The position numbers and the translations under genes were made by a program. From the IMG/VR virus record IMGVR_UViG_3300040809_000188, positions 8,031-72,030 of that record: 64,000 nucleotides of DNA; one strand, given 5' to 3'. The notes under the pieces are model-generated. The model had not been told where the DNA came from. It was given only the letters and a program-made list of their open reading frames with translations, and did no database searches. This stretch comes from a virus. Below, piece after piece: positions 55,245 through 64,000 of this stretch (positions are counted from its first letter, which is position 1; the number at the start of each line of letters is the position of its first letter).

Positions 55245-55936
55245 TGTTCAATCATATGAACGTAGAAATACCAGAAATCAAAACAGAGACAATCAACGGT
55301 GGGCGTTATTATGTAACGCCTACTGGAGAAAAATATCCATCTATTACAACAGTTCTGTCAATACTCTCCAAGAAAGCAATCATGGAGTGGCGTAAACGTG
55401 TAGGCGCAGAAGAAGCAAATAAAATCTCCACACAAGCGGCTCGTAGAGGCACCAATGTTCATCAGATGTGTGAGGATTATCTTAACAATAAAACTTACAT
55501 AACAGAGAAAACAATGCCAGTTGACAAAGAAATGTTTGCAACTTTGAAGCCGATTTTAGATGAACGCATAAATAATATACATACTCAAGAGGCGACACTT
55601 TATTCTGATTATCTTGGTGTTGCTGGAAGAGTTGACTGTATCGCAGAGTTTGATGGTCGACTGTCTGTAATAGACTTCAAAACCTCTCGCAAACTAAAGA
55701 AGAAAGAGTGGATTTCAAATTACTTTCAACAAGCATCTGCGTATTGTGTAATGTACGAAGAACGTACAGGAATACCTATAGACCAGATTGTCATTCTCAT
55801 AGCAGTAGATGACGAACAACCACAGGTATTCATAGAAAAAAGAGACAATCACATACATGACTGTATAGAAACGATTGCTCTTTATAAGGAACAATACAAT
55901 GAAAAAACTACTAATCGCAATGGGGGTGCTTCTTAG
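55244..55936 (+). CDS. PD-(D/E)XK exonuclease
   Basis: YPSITTVL, RGT.VH, AGRVDC, IDFKTS, Q..AY. Confidence 0.88.
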   Translation: MFNHMNVEIPEIKTETINGGRYYVTPTGEKYPSITTVLSILSKKAIMEWRKRVGAEEANKISTQAARRGTNVHQMCEDYLNNKTYITEKTMPVDKEMFATLKPILDERINNIHTQEATLYSDYLGVAGRVDCIAEFDGRLSVIDFKTSRKLKKKEWISNYFQQASAYCVMYEERTGIPIDQIVILIAVDDEQPQVFIEKRDNHIHDCIETIALYKEQYNEKTTNRNGGAS

Positions 55937-56255
55937 TTTTACAGTTACAGCGAATGCTAAACCAGAATGGCAAAGCAAGCCTGTTCAGTGTTCAGAAATA
56001 CAAGAAATCTATCAAGCATATGTTTATAAACACAAACTCAAGCCACTCTTTATTGGTGTAACAACAGCCGCAACTCACGATATGAAAAAGATTGCAGTTC
56101 CTATCATCTTCTATATGAATGATGTAGGACAGTGGTTGATGCTGGAAGTTGGCGATGACAAATGGACTTGTGTAATAGGTCTTGGTGATGGATTTGATTC
56201 TTCAATAACAGAAGAAGTTCTCAATGAAATACTTTTGGGTGCAAAAGGTACTTGA
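55899..56255 (+). CDS. secreted hypothetical protein
   Basis: Signal peptide; KPVQC..TCVIG.G. Confidence 0.65.
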   Translation: MKKLLIAMGVLLSFTVTANAKPEWQSKPVQCSEIQEIYQAYVYKHKLKPLFIGVTTAATHDMKKIAVPIIFYMNDVGQWLMLEVGDDKWTCVIGLGDGFDSSITEEVLNEILLGAKGT

Positions 56256-56282
56256 CAACAGAAGTCTTTTATAGTATAAATA
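56252..56282 (+). promoter_or_regulatory. dual sigma70/late promoter of tmRNA
   Basis: TTGACA-17-TATAAA, where the -10 box is also TATAAATA. Confidence 0.75.
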
Positions 56283-56287
56283 AAGAT

Positions 56288-56566
56288 GTTCGATGAAGCG
56301 ATTCGGACGCTGGACAGGACCCGGGGGCGGTACCCGGCGCCTCCACCATAAGCACTTGATGATGAGATTAAGGTAGTCAGGTGTTTTTCAAGTTCTTATG
56401 TGGGGGCGAAATAGGATCGACTGACAGTTAGTAGGAAAGTGGAGAACAGGTGTGGAAACAACCTTAATCGTAACAACACTTCAAACGCAAACGATAACTT
56501 TGCACCTGAGATGCGCCTAGCGGCATAATCTCTGGGCTGGCCACTTGCCTCGAAACAGAAAAGTGG
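56288..56566 (+). ncRNA. ssrA: circularly permuted two-piece tmRNA (alphaproteobacterial type)
   Basis: Acceptor piece ends CGCCTCC-A-CCA (56348); intervening hairpin; coding piece starts GGGGGCG (56402), giving G3:U70; tag 56487-56528 reads ANDNFAPEMRLAA*. Confidence 0.92.
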
Positions 56567-56596
56567 TAACAAATAAAAAAAAGAAGGAATAAACAA

Positions 56597-56968
56597 ATGA
56601 AAACCATTCTAACTACAGCCGCTTTTGCTGTAGCACTATCGACTACTGCTTATGCTGAAGGTAGCATGATGCCGTCAATGCCACAGATGCCAGAAATCAC
56701 ATGGCCAGAGGTAGAAGTCTCTGTTGGCGCTGAGAGAGAACTAGAAGCAGAAGTAAATACATTGTACTCACAAGTTGGTATTGGTGCTATTACACTCGGC
56801 ACAACAATGAAAGACACCGCTAAAGATACTGGTGCTTTTGAGATTAACAAATATGAGTTTGATGTGGAACAGCCACTAGGTCCTTTTGTTTCACTCTATG
56901 TAAAGAATGATTTCACTGATGAACTAAAGCATTCAGAAACTGTTGTTGGTGGCAAAGTCACCTTCTAA
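56597..56968 (+). CDS. small outer-membrane beta-strand protein
   Basis: Signal peptide, amphipathic strands, C-terminal GGKVTF. Confidence 0.6.
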   Translation: MKTILTTAAFAVALSTTAYAEGSMMPSMPQMPEITWPEVEVSVGAERELEAEVNTLYSQVGIGAITLGTTMKDTAKDTGAFEINKYEFDVEQPLGPFVSLYVKNDFTDELKHSETVVGGKVTF

Positions 56969-56974
56969 ATAGTG

Positions 56975-57150
56975 ATAGGTTGGTCGCTCAATAGACCCGC
57001 ACAGGCCAACGGTTAGTCTGTCACAACAAAGGAGATCGTGGATATTCTCATCTAACCGTTCCAATGGAGTTTAGCGTAGGAGTTACTCTCTAAGAGCCTA
57101 TTGTAGAGATTATTCACAACCGCATCCAGTCCATATAATCTGGCTCTGCT
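56975..57150 (+). ncRNA. candidate structured RNA
   Basis: Non-coding region with several helices, including AACGGTTAG/CTAACCGTT, between a TCTAAATA box and a strong terminator. Confidence 0.45.
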
Positions 57151-57161
57151 TATTAGTAAAC

Positions 57162-57211
57162 AATGACTAGGGTGTGTCGTAATAGTGACATATACCCTAG
57201 TCATTTTTTTT
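57162..57211 (+). terminator. long-stem rho-independent terminator
   Basis: AATGACTAGGGTGTGTC..GACATATACCCTAGTCATT followed by a T-tract. Confidence 0.85.
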
Positions 57212-57292
57212 ACTGTGTCAAAATCTTGACTCGACATAAATAATAGAAAGAATATATAGTGTGTATCAACGAATCACACAGAGAGAAAAATC

Positions 57293-57841
57293 ATGATGAA
57301 TAGAATATTTTTTGCCTTGAGTATGATTGTAGTTAGCATGAACCTTGCATATGCACAGACAGTTGTGACTGAATCGACTAGCAATAGTACTATCAGAACA
57401 GATGGAGAGATGACTACGACTGTGAAATCACCACCGCCTTCTGCTATCTCACCACAGTTTAGTAGTGGCAACAATAGCGACTTGTGTACAGTTGGTGTTG
57501 CTGGTGCTGTACAGACACAGATTCTAGGTATCTCAGCAGGCACCACATTCACAGAAGAGAACTGTGTAAGATTGAAGAAAGCAAAGACGCTTTATGATAT
57601 GGGCATGAAAGTAGCCGCTGTATCTGTTATGTGTCAAGACAAGGGTGTATTTGATGCAATGATGATGGCAGGAACACCATGTCCTTATAATGGTATGATT
57701 GGTGAAGCGGCTAAGATTGGCTGGGAATCGCATGTAGATGATGACAAACACGAACTGAGTGGTAAAGACGAGGGATTAAATGTTGAGAAATCTACTACTT
57801 ACGGTGGTCTTGGTTTGCTTACCTTCTTACTCTTACTCTGA
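57293..57841 (+). CDS. secreted Cys-containing protein with C-terminal anchor (cassette gene 1)
   Basis: Signal peptide; PPPSAISP..DLC..NC.RLK..MC..AGTPCP; hydrophobic C-terminus. Confidence 0.75.
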   Translation: MMNRIFFALSMIVVSMNLAYAQTVVTESTSNSTIRTDGEMTTTVKSPPPSAISPQFSSGNNSDLCTVGVAGAVQTQILGISAGTTFTEENCVRLKKAKTLYDMGMKVAAVSVMCQDKGVFDAMMMAGTPCPYNGMIGEAAKIGWESHVDDDKHELSGKDEGLNVEKSTTYGGLGLLTFLLLL

Positions 57842-58661
57842 GAGTATCACTCCCTACTTCGGTACGACAGGTAATGCCGCTTCTGTTGGAAATACATGGA
57901 GCATGGACAATGTTTTACCAACACCGCCTGGTCTTGATATAAATGGTGTGTTCTACAAATACACACCACAGAAAGAGACAGAAGCGGATATGAAAGTTCA
58001 CATTGGTAATGAAAATGCTAATGGTGTTGGATATCTTTGGAGAGAAACAGACGACTGGTCAGGCGCACAAGGTGGCATTGAGATAAGAAAAGTTATAGGC
58101 ATTGCAAATGTTCCTAGAGAGTTATGGGGTGATGGTTCTATAGAAGTAGAAGGTGAAGGAACAGTAGAAGATGCTACAGTAATCTATAGTTATAAAGTTG
58201 ATCCTTGTTATGATCCACAGTTTAGTCCAAGTTGTCCTGGCTATCAGTTGCAACTACCAGATACTGAAACTGTCGATATAGATTTGTATGATGCAACTGC
58301 TGATGATGCTGTCACCATTGCAACCGCAGAAACAGATAGTGACATATATGAAGATGAAGAAGAATCAGAACAGGATGAAGAAAGTGAAGAAGAGAAAGAG
58401 ATGCGATTAGAAAAAGCGTTAGCGGCGGTTGATGAGTTAGCACTTTTCAATGATGCATTTGCTCAAAATCTTTTACTTGATGCAATGAATAATGCAATAC
58501 AAATGAATGCTTACTATGCGGCTCAACTAAGAGGCGGCGAATACAAAGAGACTGTCGCTCTAGTTGACAAAGAACTACCCGAAAATAAAAAGGGTCTAAG
58601 AAACGGTTTAGCACAACAAATACTGCATGAAGAAATGATATCTATGCAGTATAACAAATAG
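57780..58661 (+). CDS. secreted protein (cassette gene 2)
   Basis: Signal peptide; beta-rich domain, DPCYDPQFSPSCPGY, acidic linker. Confidence 0.75.
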   Translation: MLRNLLLTVVLVCLPSYSYSESITPYFGTTGNAASVGNTWSMDNVLPTPPGLDINGVFYKYTPQKETEADMKVHIGNENANGVGYLWRETDDWSGAQGGIEIRKVIGIANVPRELWGDGSIEVEGEGTVEDATVIYSYKVDPCYDPQFSPSCPGYQLQLPDTETVDIDLYDATADDAVTIATAETDSDIYEDEEESEQDEESEEEKEMRLEKALAAVDELALFNDAFAQNLLLDAMNNAIQMNAYYAAQLRGGEYKETVALVDKELPENKKGLRNGLAQQILHEEMISMQYNK

Positions 58662-58670
58662 GAGAAACCT

Positions 58671-59174
58671 ATGCTCAAAAAAGCAATAACAATCTTTGCT
58701 ATGAGTTTATTTTCGCTATCAGCATATGCTGTGGATGTTCCGATTGAAGGAACAGTACAGTCTCGTTGCGTAATCACAACTGACACGCCTGGTGTGTATG
58801 GAAACCCAAATGCATACACACTGACAACTACACCAGCAGACGGCGGTGTAAAGCCTATTGTTCGTTTTGATGTTACTCTTGCTGATGCATACTATGCACA
58901 GATTACTACACCAACATCATTCGATACAAGTCCATCTCTAGGTGACACAGTGACTTGGACAGGATCAACGTCTGTCAGTGCAGTAAGTGATGCAACAAAC
59001 ATGGCAGATTATGAAACCAACAAAGTAACATTCGGTCAGACAACTCAATATGATTTGACTGCAACTGGTTCTACTTGGTTTACATCTTCGTCTACTGCTA
59101 CATATGGTGGAAGTAAAGCATTCCCCGGCGGAACATATACTGCAACTGTTGAGGCTGTGTGTATCGCTCAGTAA
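58671..59174 (+). CDS. fimbrial/pilin-like secreted protein (cassette gene 3)
   Basis: Signal peptide; VPIEGTVQSRC..GTYTATVEAVC pilin-like termini. Confidence 0.6.
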   Translation: MLKKAITIFAMSLFSLSAYAVDVPIEGTVQSRCVITTDTPGVYGNPNAYTLTTTPADGGVKPIVRFDVTLADAYYAQITTPTSFDTSPSLGDTVTWTGSTSVSAVSDATNMADYETNKVTFGQTTQYDLTATGSTWFTSSSTATYGGSKAFPGGTYTATVEAVCIAQ

Positions 59175-59179
59175 AAGCA

Positions 59180-59566
59180 ATGAATAAATATATTACTATA
59201 TTATTGTTATGTTTGTTTTCGTCTGTCTCATATGCACATGAGATGACGCCGACATATCCTGAGTTGAGACAATCTTATTTGGATGACTTGATGGTCACTG
59301 AAATGGAGTTGTTCAACTTCAGGAATGATGTGGAATATTATGAGATTGCTGTATTCGATAAAGATATGAAACCCATACCCTTTGTATCCAGTTACAAAGT
59401 ATTTAAGTTAGAGTATTTGTCTCGTATTAAGTTTGAAGTTTACATCAGAGAAAGTGATAGATATAGAGTAGAGTATATTTGCTCTAGGTCTAAAGCAAGG
59501 CCAAATATTTTAGAAGAGCGGCCTACAATATCATCGATGATTTGTTCTAAAGTTAAACGAGAGTAG
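59180..59566 (+). CDS. pilus-chaperone-like secreted protein (cassette gene 4)
   Basis: Signal peptide; HEMTPTY..LFN..YYEI.V; Ig-like strand pattern, two Cys. Confidence 0.5.
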   Translation: MNKYITILLLCLFSSVSYAHEMTPTYPELRQSYLDDLMVTEMELFNFRNDVEYYEIAVFDKDMKPIPFVSSYKVFKLEYLSRIKFEVYIRESDRYRVEYICSRSKARPNILEERPTISSMICSKVKRE

Positions 59567-59570
59567 ATTC

Positions 59571-59981
59571 ATGAAAAAGATTATGTATATTATAATGATA
59601 CTGTTTTCGGCGAATGCTTATGCTGAAAGTAGTTCTTTGAATCTACAGTTGCCCAACAGTCAACAGAACTTTGCAAATGATAAGTTTAGAGCGGGCGACT
59701 TAGATTGTTCTAATGCGATTGGTGGTGCTACAAACTTTGAGTTTGGTGTTACTGGAATCATTGATAATCATGTAGGAATCTTAGGTGAGAAAGACCCGAA
59801 TGTAAATGGCTCTACTAAAGATATTGGTGTGTATGCAAGAGTTATCATACCACTAGACAAGCCAAGAGAGAGAATCAACTGCAATACGCTATATCAACTT
59901 GAACTAAAGAAAAAAAGACTAGAAGTTTTAAAACTTGAACAAGAACTAGCAAGACTAAAAGCATTGCAAGACGAGGAATAA
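59571..59981 (+). CDS. secreted protein with beta-hairpin and coiled coil (cassette gene 5)
   Basis: Signal peptide; DCSNAIG..EFGVTG..GVYARVIIPL..INC..LEVLKLEQEL. Confidence 0.7.
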   Translation: MKKIMYIIMILFSANAYAESSSLNLQLPNSQQNFANDKFRAGDLDCSNAIGGATNFEFGVTGIIDNHVGILGEKDPNVNGSTKDIGVYARVIIPLDKPRERINCNTLYQLELKKKRLEVLKLEQELARLKALQDEE

Positions 59982-59982
59982 A

Positions 59983-60615
59983 ATGGACAAGGACTTAGGT
60001 CAAGAACTTGAGAACATGGAAGAAGGTATTGAGAATCTAAAGAACAAAGAGTTCCGTATTCTTGGTATCAAAGTGTCATTTATGAGCGTAAGTGCGCTCC
60101 TTGCTGTTCTAGGCTCTGTTATTGGTGCTTTATATGCTGGTTTTCTCATGTATCAAAAGGTTGAGCAAGCAATCGAGTTCGTAGATCAACAGCAAGAGTA
60201 TGAAGAAAAGATTGCTGGATTTGAACAGAGAATGGAAGTCATTGAGACAAAACTAGAAGAAGCAGTTGACTACACAAGAGACATTAAATCTGGTTTGCGT
60301 GATGACATTCTTGGTATTGAAAAACAAGTCGATAGAATGGAAGACAAACTCAGAGAATCAGAAGCAGAGACTCGTGCAATCATTCAGAGTGCTGAAGAGC
60401 GTTTTGAAAATAAAAGAGATGCGCTACAGAACGACTATGATGAGAAAGCAAACCGTCTATCAGAGACAAGCACTTCTCGCATGGATGAGTTGAACGAAAA
60501 GGTTGACAGAAACATCGATGAGATGGAAAATAAGATTGAGCGTGAGATGTCAGACCTTGAAAATAGACTTACCACCAAACTTCAAAGAGCGTTAGACAAT
60601 CCTCTAGCGAACTAA
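59983..60615 (+). CDS. membrane-anchored coiled-coil protein (cassette gene 6)
   Basis: One TM followed by a long heptad region, ends LDNPLAN. Confidence 0.75.
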   Translation: MDKDLGQELENMEEGIENLKNKEFRILGIKVSFMSVSALLAVLGSVIGALYAGFLMYQKVEQAIEFVDQQQEYEEKIAGFEQRMEVIETKLEEAVDYTRDIKSGLRDDILGIEKQVDRMEDKLRESEAETRAIIQSAEERFENKRDALQNDYDEKANRLSETSTSRMDELNEKVDRNIDEMENKIEREMSDLENRLTTKLQRALDNPLAN

Positions 60616-60690
60616 TACTATAAATAGACGAGTTATATTATTTACTCTGTGATTATATTATATTGAATAGTATTATCATAGGGGAAAGAT

Positions 60691-61176
60691 ATGATAGACC
60701 CGATTTCGGCTGCCGCCGCCGCATCAAGCGCATTTGCCGCCGTGAAAAAAGGATTTGAAATCGGTAGAGATATTGAATCCATGGTCGGCGACCTCAGTAG
60801 ATGGATGTCTGCAATATCCGATATCTCAGAGGCTGAGAAGCAAGCCCAAAATCCACCAATCTTCAAAAAACTCATGTTCTCTGGCTCTGTAGAGGAAGAG
60901 GCTGTTGCTCTGTTCGCCGCTAAGAAGAAGGCTGAACAGCAAAGAGAAGACCTTAAAGTTTTCATACAATATTCTATGGGTCAGTCTGCTTGGGATGAGT
61001 TGATCAAGATGGAGGGTCAGATTAGAAAAGACCGTCAAGAGACAATCTATAAACAGGCGCAACGTAGGCGAAAGTTTATGGAGATTCTTGGTATCATTCT
61101 TGGTCTTGGATTATTCATTCTTGCAGTCCTTCTTTTAGTATGGTTCGTATACGCCGCTAAAAATGGACTTCTTTAA
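60691..61176 (+). CDS. late membrane protein
   Basis: Late promoter at 60619; MIDPISAAAAA; C-terminal TM. Confidence 0.7.
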   Translation: MIDPISAAAAASSAFAAVKKGFEIGRDIESMVGDLSRWMSAISDISEAEKQAQNPPIFKKLMFSGSVEEEAVALFAAKKKAEQQREDLKVFIQYSMGQSAWDELIKMEGQIRKDRQETIYKQAQRRRKFMEILGIILGLGLFILAVLLLVWFVYAAKNGLL

Positions 61177-61421
61177 TGGAACTCATTCATGTATTTCTTC
61201 TAATGATGTACCTTGGCACAGGTGACGATAGACGCTTGATGTCACAAGATATGTACTTCTATAACATTGATGATTGCAACTACTTTGCAAATCGTCTGGT
61301 AAAAAGATATGGCAACTATGGTGTCATAGAGTGGATGGACCCAAAAGACAGAGCAACTGCTTACTGTGTTCCCAAGACAGTTTCTAAAGATATCGTAGGA
61401 AAAAAGATAACTGTGTATTGA
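61176..61421 (+). CDS. hypothetical protein
   Basis: HVFLL..DCNYFA..AYCVP. Confidence 0.6.
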   Translation: MELIHVFLLMMYLGTGDDRRLMSQDMYFYNIDDCNYFANRLVKRYGNYGVIEWMDPKDRATAYCVPKTVSKDIVGKKITVY

Positions 61422-61446
61422 CAAACACATTGCTTTTGTGTATATT
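61418..61446 (+). promoter_or_regulatory. sigma70 promoter, probably leaderless
   Basis: TTGACA-17-TATATT, ATG 6 nt downstream (61453). Confidence 0.75.
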
Positions 61447-61452
61447 AACAGC

Positions 61453-61950
61453 ATGAGAAAGTTACTTATCGCACTAAGCGTTCTGTTGTCTTTTCCAGCA
61501 CATGCGGATGAGGCAACTTGTCTTGCTGATAACATTTATTGGGAAGCACGAAATCAGACGAGAGTGGCACATCTTGCTATTGCTCATGTCGTAATGAATC
61601 GTGTAAAGGATAGTCGATTTCCAAACACTGTATGTGAAGTTGTCTATGAGGGTCCTACAAGACGCAGTTGGAAAAATCCTCTTGCGTCATTTCCAGTAAA
61701 GCATCGTTGTCAGTTCTCTTGGTATTGTGATGGAAAGTCTGATGAGATACCAGAACAAGACGCTAAAGTGTATGATGATATCATGTGGCTTGCAAGAGCA
61801 TTTCTTGTTAAGTATGATTACATGATTGACTACACAGACGGTGCTACACATTATCATGCTTATTATGTAACACCAGCATGGGCGCAGACAAAAACACGAA
61901 CTGCACGAATTGAAGATCATATTTTCTATAGGTGGGAAGATGCAAATTGA
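61453..61950 (+). CDS. SleB-like cell wall hydrolase
   Basis: Signal peptide; [32 protein letters not shown]. Confidence 0.92.
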   Translation: MRKLLIALSVLLSFPAHADEATCLADNIYWEARNQTRVAHLAIAHVVMNRVKDSRFPNTVCEVVYEGPTRRSWKNPLASFPVKHRCQFSWYCDGKSDEIPEQDAKVYDDIMWLARAFLVKYDYMIDYTDGATHYHAYYVTPAWAQTKTRTARIEDHIFYRWEDAN

Positions 61951-63034
61951 AAATGATATTAAACTTGATTATAGTGATGTTTTAATCAAACCAAAACGCT
62001 CTACACTCAAGTCTCGTAGACATGTGGACTTGAAAAGATCGTTGGGATATAGAAACCATTATAATCCAATTTTTCCAGATAATGTAAGACCTGTTGGTTA
62101 TACTGGTATTCCCATCATAGCGGCTAACATGGACGGTGTTGGCACATTTGAAATGGCTGATGCTTTAATCGAACACAATATGATGACTTGTCTGAAGAAG
62201 ACTTATTCGGTTAAAGAACTTGTAGCGTTCTTTGATCCAGATGAACGAAACTATAGCAGAATGAATCGTGTTGCTATGTCTATTGGTTCTACAGATATTG
62301 ATTATGAAAAGTTTTGTAATGTACAAGAACTGACTGATGGCAATATACGCATTCTATGTGTAGATGTAGCAAATGGATACACAGAAGCATTCAGTAACTT
62401 TATCTATCAGTTACGTCTAAATCATCCAGAACTCGTCATTATTGCTGGTAATGTTGTAACTGGAGACATGACACAGGAGTTGATTCTCAATGGTGCTGAC
62501 ATCGTTAAAGTTGGTATTGGGCCTGGTTCTGTCTGTACGACTCGCATTAAGACTGGTATCGGTATGCCACAACTCTCAGCAGTCATCGAGTGTGCAGACG
62601 CCGCACACGGTCTTGGTGGACATATTATTGCTGATGGTGGCTGTACTACTTCTGGTGATGTAGCAAAAGCATTTGGTGGTGGTGCAGACTTTGTAATGCT
62701 TGGTGGTATGCTTGCTGGACATGATGAAGGCGGTGGAGAAGAAGTATTTGAAGACGACAATCCAAAACCCATAGGCATGAAGTTCTATGGTATGAGTTCG
62801 GAGACTGCAAATGACAAACACTTTGGTGGACTTAAAGACTACAGAGCCGCAGAAGGAAAAGAAGTCGTTGTTCCCTACAGAGGAAGCGTTACTAATACTG
62901 TGCATGATATTCTCGGCGGTCTCAGATCGGCGTGTACATATGTCGGAGCATCAAAAATAAAAGACTTGACAAAGTGTACAACTTTTGTTAGAGTAAACAA
63001 CACACATAACAAGGTATTTGGTAATGGCACTTGA
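61940..63034 (+). CDS. guaC: GMP reductase
   Basis: [42 protein letters not shown]. Confidence 0.93.
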   Translation: MQIENDIKLDYSDVLIKPKRSTLKSRRHVDLKRSLGYRNHYNPIFPDNVRPVGYTGIPIIAANMDGVGTFEMADALIEHNMMTCLKKTYSVKELVAFFDPDERNYSRMNRVAMSIGSTDIDYEKFCNVQELTDGNIRILCVDVANGYTEAFSNFIYQLRLNHPELVIIAGNVVTGDMTQELILNGADIVKVGIGPGSVCTTRIKTGIGMPQLSAVIECADAAHGLGGHIIADGGCTTSGDVAKAFGGGADFVMLGGMLAGHDEGGGEEVFEDDNPKPIGMKFYGMSSETANDKHFGGLKDYRAAEGKEVVVPYRGSVTNTVHDILGGLRSACTYVGASKIKDLTKCTTFVRVNNTHNKVFGNGT

Positions 63035-63248
63035 AGTAATGACGACACAGAAGTTCTCTCAAATGATTGAAGAGATAGCATTTGAAAAGCGTATTCCATA
63101 CATGGATGCTGTCGTATGGTATTGCGAAAAAGAAAATGTAGAAGTTGAAGTCGCCGCTAAACTGATTAGTGCTGTACTCAAATCAAAGATTGAAGCAGAA
63201 GCGCAAGACTTGAACTTCTTGCCTAAGACTGCTAGATTGCCCATATGA
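63024..63248 (+). CDS. gp33: late transcription coactivator
   Basis: [25 protein letters not shown]; located before gp59. Confidence 0.9.
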   Translation: MALEVMTTQKFSQMIEEIAFEKRIPYMDAVVWYCEKENVEVEVAAKLISAVLKSKIEAEAQDLNFLPKTARLPI

Positions 63249-63844
63249 ATGGATTTGAAGCATATCAAACTTATCTAGCAGTCACCAATCACTTTCGTCA
63301 GAAGTCGTATGACTACTTTCGTTATAACGGAAAGATGAAGGTGAACGAAAGTTCTTATCAGTCTCGTAAAGATAAATGGACTTTTGAAAAGGTTGCTAAA
63401 AGGTTTGATAGAGAAGACTTTGTAAAGTATCTCATATCTAACATTATTGCTGATTCAGAGAACACTTGGATTGGTAATATGATGAACGGAAAAGGAGAGA
63501 TTATATATAAGAAGTATGTAAAGAATCTTGAATCTCTTACATACAACTACAAAGAAGACTTAGAGACTATCTATGACTTTGAGTCTGATTTCGATAAAAT
63601 ATTCATATCTGAGAAAGGACATCCACTACTCTATAGACTATATCTGAGAAATAAAGTACACATAAATACATGTGTCATTCTCAATGATTTGGTGAACTAT
63701 TCAAAACTCTGGCGCAAGCAAGATGATATGATGTTGAATGATTTCCTGAATTTGCTTGACAAGTATCCAAGGTTTCTGTATAGTTATGCCAATATCGACA
63801 AGGCAAAATATAAGAAACTAACATTGGAGGTTTTCAATGAATAA
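63245..63844 (+). CDS. gp59: helicase loader
   Basis: YQTYLAV.NHF..YDYF.YNGK..RKDK; follows gp33. Confidence 0.88.
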   Translation: MNGFEAYQTYLAVTNHFRQKSYDYFRYNGKMKVNESSYQSRKDKWTFEKVAKRFDREDFVKYLISNIIADSENTWIGNMMNGKGEIIYKKYVKNLESLTYNYKEDLETIYDFESDFDKIFISEKGHPLLYRLYLRNKVHINTCVILNDLVNYSKLWRKQDDMMLNDFLNLLDKYPRFLYSYANIDKAKYKKLTLEVFNE

Positions 63845-64000
63845 CGAAGTTGAAGCATATGTCGGTGAACTTAGGGAACTTAGAGAGGAGAATGCAGTTC
63901 TAAAAGAACGATTAAAAGAATATGAAATAGAGATTGCTTGGACACAACAATACCAAGCATTACCTAGTGACAAGCATTATGATGTACAGTGGTTTCTACA
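63837..64000 (+). CDS. hypothetical protein, truncated by window end
   Basis: SD GGAGG and open frame. Confidence 0.5.
   Translation, partial: MNNEVEAYVGELRELREENAVLKERLKEYEIEIAWTQQYQALPSDKHYDVQWFL

Noticed and set aside
55244-55936. Cas4-like nuclease as evidence of a CRISPR system
   Set aside because: Standard stand-alone T4-like exonuclease; no Fe-S Cys cluster, other cas genes or array
57017-57045. SAM/SAH riboswitch (CTGTCACAAC start)
   Set aside because: The conserved GGCTTCCTGGCGTGAC core is absent
1-64000. Minus-strand ORFs and short alternative-frame ORFs in the track
   Set aside because: They shadow well-supported + strand genes and lack RBSs or recognisable motifs
1-64000. CRISPR array, retron/DGR reverse transcriptase, integrase or transposase
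   Set aside because: No regularly spaced repeats and no RT or recombinase motifs seen; the recurring TGATTCGC elements are dispersed promoter leaders

Overview
This is a 64-kb segment of a large T4-like myophage genome, with essentially all genes on the + strand. All family calls come from motif recognition by eye; no database was searched. The T4 core replication and transcription genes are present (gp45 end, gp44, gp62, regA, gp43, uvsX, gp41, gp61, rnh, gp33, gp59), along with ThyX, a class II ribonucleotide reductase, GuaC, PstS, PhoH, Hsp20, six tRNAs and eight 2OG-Fe(II) oxygenases. There are also a glycosyl/sulfo/methyltransferase cassette, a late block of probable capsid-packaged proteins, a spanin/lipase lysis block and a six-gene secreted pilus-like cassette. 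The host is very likely a marine alphaproteobacterium, based on a permuted two-piece tmRNA (tag ANDNFAPEMRLAA), a ROSE-type thermometer before hsp20, and TGATTCG (GANTC/GcrA-type) boxes at early promoters. The most novel signal is an apparent regulatory circuit. Early-gene leaders share the architecture GTAAGT..-TGATTCGC-..GAGAGAGGT. An intergenic structured RNA at about 14980-15155 displays, in a 22-nt hairpin loop, the reverse complement of both flanks of that leader, which makes it a candidate phage sRNA that silences its own early regulon.
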